Shown here: positions 11,201 to 18,834 of the stretch, one piece after another | Layout of the letters: each line of letters begins with the position of its first letter | Numbering within the stretch: the stretch's first letter is position 1 | Source: Candidatus Iainarchaeum sp. | GTDB lineage: Archaea; Iainarchaeota; Iainarchaeia; Iainarchaeales; 0-14-0-20-30-16 | Direction: 5' to 3' | DNA length: 32,000 nt | Assembly (NCBI GenBank): GCA_028710695.1 | Contig: JAQTTP010000003.1 | Coordinates: forward strand, 69,285-101,284 | Translations under genes and position numbers: made by a program | The notes under the pieces: generated by a model | What the model saw: the letters and a program-made list of their open reading frames with translations, nothing else | What the model was told of the DNA's origin: nothing | Database searches by the model: none

Positions 11201-14200
11201 TTTAGAAAATACTTTTACTGCAGGAAATGATGGTGTTGCAAAAATTACTATAAAGCCACACACACAAGGTGAAGAAGTAAAAATATCTGCTGAAAAAGAA
11301 AGTTATTTGCCTTGTGCAAAGATTTTATTAGTAAGTACTGATTTGTTTGAAATAAACAAAAGCAAGAATGAAACAAAAATAGTTTATCCAAAAGATTTAA
11401 ATCCAGTTGCAGGAAAATTGGGAATAAAAAACAAAACAAATATTGATTTTGAAGTTTATAATGTGGAATTTGTGGGTTCTTCAAATTTGGGTTTATTGAT
11501 GAATGTAGAAAAAATGGAAAACTACCTTAAAGATGCAAAACCATTGTTAATTCCAAATGAAGAAACAATAGGATTTAAAATGCATTATAATGATTTGCCA
11601 GTACAAACTTTGACAGATTCAGTTGCTCTTGATGATGTTCATGCAATGTTATCTGTTAGGCCAAAAGGATCAGAAAGTGAAATTGTTTTGGATGTTCCAA
11701 TAACTTTGGAAATAACTTTTAATAATCAGCCTTTGGAAGAGAATTGTGTTTCTGTTGAATTTACAAAAGATTTAAGTAAACTATCTGGGGAAACAGAGTT
11801 TAGTGCTGTATTCCTGAACGGTGTTGCGCCAGAAACTTATTTGATAATAGAAAACTCTTGTACAATTGAATTGAACGAAGGCCAAGGAAGTGTTGCGGAT
11901 TATGAATTTGCTGACTTTTTGTTAGATGCGTCATTTTCTAAGATGGCAAATAATATAATGGGCGGATTCACAATTAATATTGAAGGTGCAAGTGATAATA
12001 CAAAAACAGAAAATTATTCTTTGTTTAAAGTTGATACTGGCGAAGTAATAAAATTGCTTTCTCCAAAGAAAAAGAGCAATGACAAATATATTTACAAAAT
12101 CACATTTGAAAAACTTGGAGATTATGAATTTGGAAAGAACGGAACAAATGTAGAATTTAAATTTATTCCAAAGTACCAAGGTGTTGGAAACCAAACGATC
12201 TCTTTTGGAGAGAAGAAACTTTCAATGAACGTTTCTGAAAAGAAGATATCTGATTGCTTATATTTCGGGTTGAATACAAATGTTAATACCCAATCTGTTG
12301 CTACCGACACTGAAGGAGTGGCTACTGAAGAAGGTTCTGAACAGCAAGTTATTATGCCAATTAGTATAGACGAACAACAATATTATTTGAAAGGTGGAAA
12401 TGGAATATTAAGATTGGGTTATGATTATGTTGATGAGACTGTGGGCCCAGAATCTTTGAATGCGAATTTGACTTTGGATAACACAAGTAACTTGCAAATA
12501 ACTAGGCCAGGTAATGATTATGTTGTAAACTCCCTGCCGCTTTTAATTAAGAACACTTGTGGAATTGATTTGGAAATAAAATTGTGTAAAGAAGATGATG
12601 AATATTGTAGAATTCCTGATGTAGGATTTATGCAATTTGATACTTTATATGGTGTTGAAGGATTTGAGTTATATAATACTCCTTTAACTATTGGTGCGGA
12701 TAAAGAAATACAATTCTCCTTATTGAGGCCGCAGGAATTCTCCGGTGCTGTTGTACTTCCTTTGTATGTAAAAAACACAACAGGAGAATATGGCTTGGCA
12801 AAAGAAGCAAAGGTATCAGTTCAATCTTCATTGTTTAATCCATACTTTGTGTTAAATCCATTTGTTGAAGATGGAAACATGGACATTACTTTCTACAAGA
12901 ATGAATATTATCCAGATATGACTGGTTGGTCAGATCCAATAGAGAAACAGTTATTGACCAACGACACAGATTCAAGCTCATATCTGCGATTGATCCAAAT
13001 AACTCCTGGTCCAATTTTTAATTATGATGGGGACGATGATTCTGGAAATATTTTAGATTCTTTTGAAGCACTGAACCCAAAGTCAATTGACTATACGGAT
13101 GATAGTTCTGATGTTGACCAAAGTCTTAGTGAAAAAGTTGTTGGGGTTGTAGGCGGTATGATTAGTGGCGGCGTAGATATATTGTACTATATAAAAGAAG
13201 TAGAATATAATCTTCCACAATGGGCTATAATAAAAATAATGGCAAATAGATTCCATAAAGGGTCTTTGAGTGATTTAGATGATGATGTGGCCGCAACAGC
13301 AGAATATAGAATTTGGTCAGAAAGCTTGCCAATACAAAATATATTAAATAATAAACAGATTTTTGACGGTTTTAATAATGATTGGTGTGAGCTTGAAGAT
13401 GATTCTTGCTTCTTTAATTATGAAGGCCCAGTTCAAAAAATTGCAGATATTTTGCGTGAAACTGTCGGAACAAAGTACCCTTATTTTACATCAATAAGTG
13501 TTGCAAGGTTGGAAGGAGATTGTGGTTGGTCAAATGTTATTGCCTATGCACAAGGGTTTTGTCCACAGGGGTATGAACTTGCAAAAATAGAACTTTTTAG
13601 AAAAGATGGCGGAACTGTTGATGGCAGAGATAATACTTTCTCTCAAGTTACTGAAGGCAAGACAACAAAATACTTATATGGTGGCTCTGTAAACTTTGAA
13701 GATAAATATATTAATGAAGAGTCAGATACTGGCTATCAGATGATGACTATTTGTAGGCTTCCTAGATCAGAGTTTGGAGAAGTAGATCGTGCTGTTGGGG
13801 GAACAATGAAATATAGTTCTTTTGGCAGTGGGTCAATATTTGATTCCTCAGGAATAGAAAATATTGTAAAAAGTAAGATCCAAGCAACAGACATATTTAA
13901 TTGCACGGACTGCACTTCTGAATTGAGAGAATTTTTATTTGATGTATATGATGCAGAGGCAGCAGATATGGATTGTGAAATAACACCGCCAGGTTATTTT
14001 GATGCGGGTGATAATGATGAATATGAGATATACCAGAATAATTCATCTGGATGCCCCGGATTTGACTACTCAAAAATAAACTTATTAAATGAGTTATACC
14101 AAGGCAAGGAAAATGATGTAGACAATTATAAGGCAAGGACTGCGGCAGTAGTAACTAGTATAGTAACAAACTCAGGGAAAACGACATCTGGAGAACTTGC

Positions 14201-15590
14201 TTATGCAGCAAATATGGCTTTTGCAGGTAGTGATACTTTCTTTGGTTATATTGATGATGCATATGGTATTAATTTTGATGGGCTAATAATAGAACTTTGT
14301 AAAGATGGTTCAAAGACAAAAAATAATGGTACTTGTAGTCATGCAACTCAATTACGTGCTAGCTTTGGACCGTATAATTATAATTCCATCTCTATAACTG
14401 CTGCTGAATTTGATGGCTTAAATTCAAACATAAGACTATATCTTGAGCCAAAGACAATGAAGAAAGACTTTGCATTCTATAAGAAAGTAAATTCATGCCC
14501 ATATGGTGGGTATACTGGCCCAGAAGTAAAGCCAACAATAAATTATACTTGGGCAGAAAGTGCAATAAAAAAAGATTTCTGTGTTGTTGAGGGTGAAGAG
14601 AATTATGCAGATGTAAATGCTTGTGATTTAGTTCAATTCTCTAAAGTGATTTCAAAACAATTTTCAGATGATATGGAACAAAAGCATTTTACTGTAAAAC
14701 TGATGTATGACAACTATTCTGAAAGTGCAATAAATTCTTTAATAGAATGGTCTTTCTTTGAACACATAAAAGATTTAAGAATCCTGAATTATGATGGAAG
14801 CCCGGTGGGAGAAATTGGGCCTGGAATTTACAATGTAGATTTAATACGTGATGAAAATGTATTGGATGTGTACTTATCATATCTGACAAGTTATGGGCCA
14901 GATCATATATTCTATAGGATGCCTGTAGACAATGTTGGTACTGGGGCAATCCCTGGAATTGGAACTTCAATGAACTATCCAATAAATTATGATGGCTTTG
15001 GAAGCTTTAGTCAGATTAAAGATGACGTTTCTACCTTAAAAGAATATTCTGTTTCAAACCACGATTTGAAAACAATAAATACAACTCAAAAAGGAACTGT
15101 GTTTGCAGGATACTTTAATGATGGCTTGATATATTGGAATAACATGGATGTATATCTGCTGACTGCACACTTGGGAACTGACGAGAATAAAGAAATTTTG
15201 CTAACTGCTCCAGAATATGATACGGAAATCTATGAAGTTCTAAAATCTGGCTGGATTTATGAAGATGGTGAAGACTACTACTATGCTGAAAATGCGGGAT
15301 TTGGGTTTGGAGTGGTTGACACAGATAATGGCAAGAAGTTAAAGATAAGTAATGCAAGCGGATACAATAGAACTGTAAAGAAAATATTATTCTATCCACA
15401 AGGAAGCGCGTTGGATTTGCCAGAACAGGATGATGTAACTCTTACACAGCTTGATGTTGAGCCAATATACAGTATAACAGACATATTCAAAGGATTGGAA
15501 AATGAAAACATTTGTTATAGGGCTTTGGAAGACGGAAGTGAATATTATTATAACCCTTTGAAATTATTAGATATAATACAAACGCAATAA
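8214..15590 (+). CDS. Giant signal-anchored surface protein 2 (about 2458 aa), paralog of giant protein 1
   Basis: The track ORF begins at TTG 8178, but ATG 8214 is preceded by SD-like ggtgat and gives MSFRELYTKIEDKYYAMLDKINQVIPIHKLTDQIDKVMPSMIFFSVFFLVIIGLIIWLIV. This aligns end to end with the N-terminus of giant protein 1. Confidence 0.93.
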   Translation: MSFRELYTKIEDKYYAMLDKINQVIPIHKLTDQIDKVMPSMIFFSVFFLVIIGLIIWLIVASVGSSTITFEFYSNGTLASGEFNVTFSSEGGEQIALVKNGIAFGNYDMGDFVTVKIKEPYTFSKTYEIKSELMKIDLPGLDKLALKEAEKKNKEISIYLYDGTSGSLVKEKAIVSASCEDFSKEIEVTGNTKLAIPDNCSYVDLLATADGYLQSKKSCDTALCKIFMDKKGTTTPTTVVQSIPKNKVVVYVKDNKGTSLEGFDVKITGVESIQDVLNQAKTNAFGSYTFEDITVGNYKLYVSDPSGTLTTVSKDLIVVSGPPVIADITMEKPPLGYFNVKVNTENTGGFALATLYVKDVNDNYLGTVDINTGVEYKIGVYEKGKYIFNVIPVTGYDENYSIVTEEREYDLQSGDKKVDLVLKELKYYENTKVNLKVVKEKDDGSEEPLPNMKIIVENDEGWQIELPADKTKTDVNGSVSFILPSGVYIVHAYNYYFTGETNLQLLDTPGATELPETDAKIAVQIGKAKIKVSVKDEDGKDLTDVKVDIYMDSNFFGPMFISQEKYKEVQVEAYHSYYVKVTKEGYLNYYSPELVLKKDQLMDEKVILYNKLEHLNSDPEMIYVGAYKDQELKTKLDKIDQENEFYYVFDLVVPEFSEKLYEISGVKVTGVAGNKNLPVLESDLVLKNVFASGKTHLFSTITGTSLAEQGEDFTYTAKSFTSEFNGGSYVARMVVHLRSTDIPQIGDKLFFYYKLDIDTKQNGSFNLPIPTDAEYYELIKFLGKRELCENEVVCVDTYLDGMATSSLPGGSENKVELYSGKQNNILVNLTKGDELPTELEASKFTVFNSTISSVENFNSLKDFYVDLEDMSLVHDKITSTKPIEIDSQTAPVFVKEASINNYKINTTLKFDSKIELVEPENSKLYFNFDTTNEVEQVYVDLETMNDDEPLKLEGLPEGDLLIPGIENSFDVIVKSGEDKIGAAIIKIYFFDGMNWSLENTFTAGNDGVAKITIKPHTQGEEVKISAEKESYLPCAKILLVSTDLFEINKSKNETKIVYPKDLNPVAGKLGIKNKTNIDFEVYNVEFVGSSNLGLLMNVEKMENYLKDAKPLLIPNEETIGFKMHYNDLPVQTLTDSVALDDVHAMLSVRPKGSESEIVLDVPITLEITFNNQPLEENCVSVEFTKDLSKLSGETEFSAVFLNGVAPETYLIIENSCTIELNEGQGSVADYEFADFLLDASFSKMANNIMGGFTINIEGASDNTKTENYSLFKVDTGEVIKLLSPKKKSNDKYIYKITFEKLGDYEFGKNGTNVEFKFIPKYQGVGNQTISFGEKKLSMNVSEKKISDCLYFGLNTNVNTQSVATDTEGVATEEGSEQQVIMPISIDEQQYYLKGGNGILRLGYDYVDETVGPESLNANLTLDNTSNLQITRPGNDYVVNSLPLLIKNTCGIDLEIKLCKEDDEYCRIPDVGFMQFDTLYGVEGFELYNTPLTIGADKEIQFSLLRPQEFSGAVVLPLYVKNTTGEYGLAKEAKVSVQSSLFNPYFVLNPFVEDGNMDITFYKNEYYPDMTGWSDPIEKQLLTNDTDSSSYLRLIQITPGPIFNYDGDDDSGNILDSFEALNPKSIDYTDDSSDVDQSLSEKVVGVVGGMISGGVDILYYIKEVEYNLPQWAIIKIMANRFHKGSLSDLDDDVAATAEYRIWSESLPIQNILNNKQIFDGFNNDWCELEDDSCFFNYEGPVQKIADILRETVGTKYPYFTSISVARLEGDCGWSNVIAYAQGFCPQGYELAKIELFRKDGGTVDGRDNTFSQVTEGKTTKYLYGGSVNFEDKYINEESDTGYQMMTICRLPRSEFGEVDRAVGGTMKYSSFGSGSIFDSSGIENIVKSKIQATDIFNCTDCTSELREFLFDVYDAEAADMDCEITPPGYFDAGDNDEYEIYQNNSSGCPGFDYSKINLLNELYQGKENDVDNYKARTAAVVTSIVTNSGKTTSGELAYAANMAFAGSDTFFGYIDDAYGINFDGLIIELCKDGSKTKNNGTCSHATQLRASFGPYNYNSISITAAEFDGLNSNIRLYLEPKTMKKDFAFYKKVNSCPYGGYTGPEVKPTINYTWAESAIKKDFCVVEGEENYADVNACDLVQFSKVISKQFSDDMEQKHFTVKLMYDNYSESAINSLIEWSFFEHIKDLRILNYDGSPVGEIGPGIYNVDLIRDENVLDVYLSYLTSYGPDHIFYRMPVDNVGTGAIPGIGTSMNYPINYDGFGSFSQIKDDVSTLKEYSVSNHDLKTINTTQKGTVFAGYFNDGLIYWNNMDVYLLTAHLGTDENKEILLTAPEYDTEIYEVLKSGWIYEDGEDYYYAENAGFGFGVVDTDNGKKLKISNASGYNRTVKKILFYPQGSALDLPEQDDVTLTQLDVEPIYSITDIFKGLENENICYRALEDGSEYYYNPLKLLDIIQTQ

Positions 15591-15623
15591 GTAACAGGAT
15601 AATGAAAAAATTGGTGTTTAAGA

Positions 15624-16043
15624 ATGGATATAACAATGTTGATAGGGCTAGGAGAGTTCTTTGGGGACTTTGTCTTCATAATAAAGATCTTTGCCTTTAT
15701 TGCCATTCTTGGGTTTGTTAACAGATATATCCAGAGCAAGTTAATAAAAATAATAATGGTCGTGTTTATGGGTTATTTTATCCTTATTGCAAACTGGGCT
15801 GTATTTGGAACTATGTTTGTGATATATACTTTATTGGGAATTGGTGTTGCAGGAATACTAACAGATTTCTTCTTTGCTGGTCAGAATATTATTGGTGAAG
15901 GTGAACAAGAAAGGCAGATGGCCCAAGAAAAAGAGCGGGAAGAAATGGAGAGAAGAAGAATGCTTGAGGATGCACGGCCAGTATCTAGTAGTGCGAGTTT
16001 GCATAAAAGGCCCCCAATTCCACCTGCACTTATGAGAAGGTAG
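15624..16043 (+). CDS. Small multi-TM membrane protein with charged coiled/proline-rich C-terminal tail (139 aa)
   Basis: MDITMLIGLGEFFGDFVFIIKIFAFIAILGFVNRYIQSKLIKIIMVVFMGYFILIANWAVFG... then GEGEQERQMAQEKEREEMERRRMLED...KRPPIPPALMRR. ggtg SD-like upstream. Confidence 0.85.
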   Translation: MDITMLIGLGEFFGDFVFIIKIFAFIAILGFVNRYIQSKLIKIIMVVFMGYFILIANWAVFGTMFVIYTLLGIGVAGILTDFFFAGQNIIGEGEQERQMAQEKEREEMERRRMLEDARPVSSSASLHKRPPIPPALMRR

Positions 16044-16047
16044 AACT

Positions 16048-16407
16048 ATGGCGATTAAATTAAATGAAAAGGGTGCAATAATAATTGCAATTGGCATTGC
16101 GTTTGTAGTAATAATACTGCTGCCAATTGTGTTTATGCAAATCTTTTCAATTTCAAAGCCTCTATTTCAGATTATAATTGCCTTTGTTATAATGGGGTAT
16201 ATACGAAATGTTGGAATAGAAGGAATACCATTTTGGACTTTGTCTGCTATTCTAATATACTTTTTAGCTTGGAAATATGTTGAGATTGCTTCAAGCTTTT
16301 ATGTTTTGATGTTATTAATGGGTTTAGGATTTACTTCATCTTTGATCTGGGGTTCAATATTCTTTACTGGGCTTTTGAAAAATAGAAAAATGGCGAAGCA
16401 AGGATAA
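16048..16407 (+). CDS. Small multi-TM membrane protein (119 aa)
   Basis: Starts 4 nt after the previous stop; three to four hydrophobic segments (IIIAIGIAFVVIILLPIVFMQIF, LFQIIIAFVIMGYI, FWTLSAILIYFLAWKY, YVLMLLMGLGFTSSLIWGSIF). Confidence 0.85.
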   Translation: MAIKLNEKGAIIIAIGIAFVVIILLPIVFMQIFSISKPLFQIIIAFVIMGYIRNVGIEGIPFWTLSAILIYFLAWKYVEIASSFYVLMLLMGLGFTSSLIWGSIFFTGLLKNRKMAKQG

Positions 16408-16441
16408 CTATAAAAACAAAATTGTGTTATATAGTGATAAT

Positions 16442-16687
16442 ATGAATTGGATTCTGTTAGTTGCTGATGTAGGAACATTTAAAGGGGATGTATGGTTAGC
16501 CCTGTTCCTTTACGTAAGTATAATGGTTTTTGCATGGGCAAAAGGAAAGCTTGGAAGCCCAGAAGTAGCTATTTTGTATACAATCATAATGATGTTTTTG
16601 GTGTTTTATCAGCACGATGTTCTAATTTGGCTTGCCTTGGGACTATACCTTTACCAGACCTATGGTAAGGAGATATTCAAGGGCTGA
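16442..16687 (+). CDS. Small multi-TM membrane protein (about 81 aa from ATG; track ORF starts at GTG 16424)
   Basis: MNWILLVADVGTFKGDVWLALFLYVSIMVFAWAKGKLGSPEVAILYTIIMMFLVFYQHDVLIWLALGLYLYQTYGKEIFKG; same strand and tight spacing. Confidence 0.75.
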   Translation: MNWILLVADVGTFKGDVWLALFLYVSIMVFAWAKGKLGSPEVAILYTIIMMFLVFYQHDVLIWLALGLYLYQTYGKEIFKG

Positions 16688-16692
16688 TCTGA

Positions 16693-17031
16693 ATGGAAAT
16701 TTTCTCCTTTATAATCTCGATGTTTGTAATGATGGTTGCATCGCAATATGGGTTATATTGGCTTATGATAATAGTTGCGGGTGTTGCTGCTTTCATGTCT
16801 AAGGAGAAGAAAGTACTGATAATTTTTGTGATTTATATTGCAATCCTGTATTTCATAAAGGGCACTGCCTATGAATCTTATGGAATTTATGTTGCTGCAG
16901 TAATCATTGTGGTTTATTTAATCTTGAATAAAGGGGATTCTGGTGGTGAAGAAGAAGCACTGGGCGGAATGGGAGATCAATATGGTGATCTTCTGAAGGG
17001 CCTTGGCGGCGGTGGCGGCGGGGGAATGTAA
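16693..17031 (+). CDS. Small multi-TM membrane protein with Gly-rich C-terminus (112 aa)
   Basis: MEIFSFIISMFVMMVASQYGLYWLMIIVAGVAAFMSKEKKVLIIFVIYIAILYFIKG... ending GDLLKGLGGGGGGGM; starts 5 nt after the previous stop. Confidence 0.82.
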   Translation: MEIFSFIISMFVMMVASQYGLYWLMIIVAGVAAFMSKEKKVLIIFVIYIAILYFIKGTAYESYGIYVAAVIIVVYLILNKGDSGGEEEALGGMGDQYGDLLKGLGGGGGGGM

Positions 17032-17104
17032 ATTCCTGAAGGAATTGTGAAGGAAAACCCCCCAAAAAGACCAAGAAACCTTTATAAAGCTATGTTATAT
17101 TGAT

Positions 17105-17130
17105 TATATATATTATATATAGAGCGATGT
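17105..17130 (+). promoter_or_regulatory. TATA-rich promoter-like element upstream of the fifth small membrane gene
   Basis: tatatatattatatatagagcgatgt; shares the ATATATA(C/G)AGCGAT core with the element upstream of gene 824. Confidence 0.45.
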
Positions 17131-17138
17131 GAAGTATC

Positions 17139-17483
17139 ATGAAGTTATTAATTGCTTTGTTATTAGGAATATTGGTATTTGGATTGATGAACAACTCATC
17201 CCTGTTAAGTATAGGTCTAATTTTGTTAGGAGTTTACCTATTGTTTAACATAGTACAGGGTGCAAAGAGCAATGCAAGTACTTTGAAGAAGTTTGTTGAT
17301 GTTAAGGAAATTAACTTCGACAATCTAAAATGCCCTGAGGGTATTGTGGACAATATGTTGAAGGATGCCGGAAAAGTTACAAAGAATATGCTTAACGGAA
17401 ACAAGACTGAAAACATAGGAAAGGCATTGCATAACGGAACTTATAATGCTTTACAAGACGTTGGTGCTCCTTTCAAGAACTAG
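17139..17483 (+). CDS. Small membrane protein with soluble C-terminal half (114 aa)
   Basis: MKLLIALLLGILVFGLMNNSSLLSIGLILLGVYLLFNIVQGAKSNASTLKKFVDVKEINFDNLKCPEGIVDNMLKDAGK...; two hydrophobic segments, then a polar domain. Confidence 0.8.
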   Translation: MKLLIALLLGILVFGLMNNSSLLSIGLILLGVYLLFNIVQGAKSNASTLKKFVDVKEINFDNLKCPEGIVDNMLKDAGKVTKNMLNGNKTENIGKALHNGTYNALQDVGAPFKN

Positions 17484-17492
17484 TACAACGCC

Positions 17493-17523
17493 TAAACCTT
17501 TTTTTTATTGGTTTTTTTTCAAA
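17493..17523 (+). terminator. T-rich termination region after the small membrane protein genes
   Basis: cctttttttttattggttttttttc soon after the stop at 17483; archaeal terminators are T-rich. Confidence 0.45.
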
Positions 17524-17574
17524 ATCTAATCTTTAATGGCAAAAATTATAAGCCCTACTTGATAATATGTAAAT

Positions 17575-18240
17575 ATGCAAGTTAAAAGCCTTATAAAAAA
17601 GTTTGACGAACTACAACTTGTGTACGGAGACCAAAACTTAGATGCGATTTGTGGTGCGGGGCAAATTCAAAACCCTCAACTCTGTTTAGTGTTTATGAAT
17701 CCAACTGGAAGGAATGTATCTTCAAGCAAAAGCTGGAAAGGGCTAAAAGCCCCCTGGATTGGCACAAAGAATGTTTGGAAGATGTTTTCTCAACTTGGTT
17801 TTTTTGACTCTGCTTTTTTTAAGGAAATTGAAAATAAAAGTCCAGATGATTGGGATTATGAATTCGCTAACAAAGTTTATTCTAAAGTTAGAGATAGTTC
17901 TATCTATATTACTAATTTATCAAAGGCAACACAGGCAGATGCAAGGCACCTTAAGAATGAGGTCTTTAGAGATTATTTAGAGGTATTTTTTGAAGAAATA
18001 AGTACTGTCAAGCCGCAAATTATAATTGCCTTTGGTAATCAAGTAAGTTCGGTTTTACTTGATAAAACTATTAAAGTATCGGATTATCGTAAAAAATGTG
18101 AAAACCTTGAAATTGATGGAAATGCAATCAAAGTTTTTCCTGTATATTATCCTGTTGGGCAAGGTCAGAGAAACATAGAAAAAGCAAAAGAAGATATTAG
18201 CTGGATTCTTAAAACGCAACTTGCTGGCTTAAAGCTTTAA
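17575..18240 (+). CDS. Uracil-DNA glycosylase superfamily protein (divergent motifs)
   Basis: 221 aa; LCLVFMNPTGRNVSSSKSWKGLKAPWIGTKNVWKMF resembles UDG motif 1 (xNPG-like); also IIIAFGNQVSSVLL and VFPVYYPVGQGQRNIEKAKEDI. Confidence 0.65.
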   Translation: MQVKSLIKKFDELQLVYGDQNLDAICGAGQIQNPQLCLVFMNPTGRNVSSSKSWKGLKAPWIGTKNVWKMFSQLGFFDSAFFKEIENKSPDDWDYEFANKVYSKVRDSSIYITNLSKATQADARHLKNEVFRDYLEVFFEEISTVKPQIIIAFGNQVSSVLLDKTIKVSDYRKKCENLEIDGNAIKVFPVYYPVGQGQRNIEKAKEDISWILKTQLAGLKL

Positions 18241-18762
18241 CTTGTATATCCCAAAGGTTAGATCCCTTACTTTTAAGGCCTTTTTTCTTGAAAAACCTTC
18301 TTTTGTAAGTAGGCTTGTTGATGCAGGGTTATAATGTGGTTTCTCTACAATTACTGCATAGATTGCTTTGTATCCTTCTGCCTTCGCATCTGAAATAAGC
18401 TGTTTTGTTAGTTCTGAACCTAAGTCTTGATCTTGTTTATGCTTTGCAACTCCTAAAAGGTCCCAGTAAATGAAGTCCTTTTCTGTCTCTTTGGAGAAAT
18501 AGATTATGATTGGATCTCTGTCTTTGTCTAATTTTCGCAATGCTTTTTGCTCATAAGCCATATTGAAGCCAATAACTTTCTTGCGGTCTAGGACAACATA
18601 GCAAAAATTAGAATTCTTTATTCTGTTTGAGATTGTGCCTATCTTTGGGATATTATAATCTACAAATCCGGTATCTTTTTTTGAGTTGGCAGGAATAGTT
18701 AATTCTTTTATTATTTTTTGGATATCTTTGGCGTCTTTTGCCTTTGCTTTTATTATCTCCAT
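18229..18762 (-). CDS. GNAT-family N-acetyltransferase
   Basis: 177 aa; YWDLLGVAKHKQDQDLGSELTKQLISDAKAEGYKAIYAVIVEKPHYNPASTSLLTKEGF matches GNAT motif A/B layout. Overlaps the convergent upstream gene by 12 nt. Confidence 0.75.
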   Translation of the reverse strand: MEIIKAKAKDAKDIQKIIKELTIPANSKKDTGFVDYNIPKIGTISNRIKNSNFCYVVLDRKKVIGFNMAYEQKALRKLDKDRDPIIIYFSKETEKDFIYWDLLGVAKHKQDQDLGSELTKQLISDAKAEGYKAIYAVIVEKPHYNPASTSLLTKEGFSRKKALKVRDLTFGIYKLKL

Positions 18763-18834
18763 GTTATAAGATGTGCATTAAAGTTTAAAAGATTAACACA
18801 AACTAATAAAAAATAGTTTTGTTTATATTATACG

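Noticed and set aside
824-15590. Assignment of the giants to the nanohaloarchaeal SPEARE-type giant proteins, to an S-layer family or to a pilin/T4SS system
   Set aside because: No diagnostic protease, pilin or ATPase motifs could be identified by eye. The paired 2.4-kaa architecture with small TM partners does not obviously match, and a profile search is required before naming a family.
1705-15739. Many 60-100 aa minus-strand ORFs opposite the two giant genes (e.g. 1705-1992, 5185-5427, 10985-11263, 14689-14982)
   Set aside because: Antisense shadow ORFs of long AT-rich coding regions: low-complexity Phe/Leu/Ser-rich products, no recognisable domains. The plus-strand frames are continuous and have coherent protein features.
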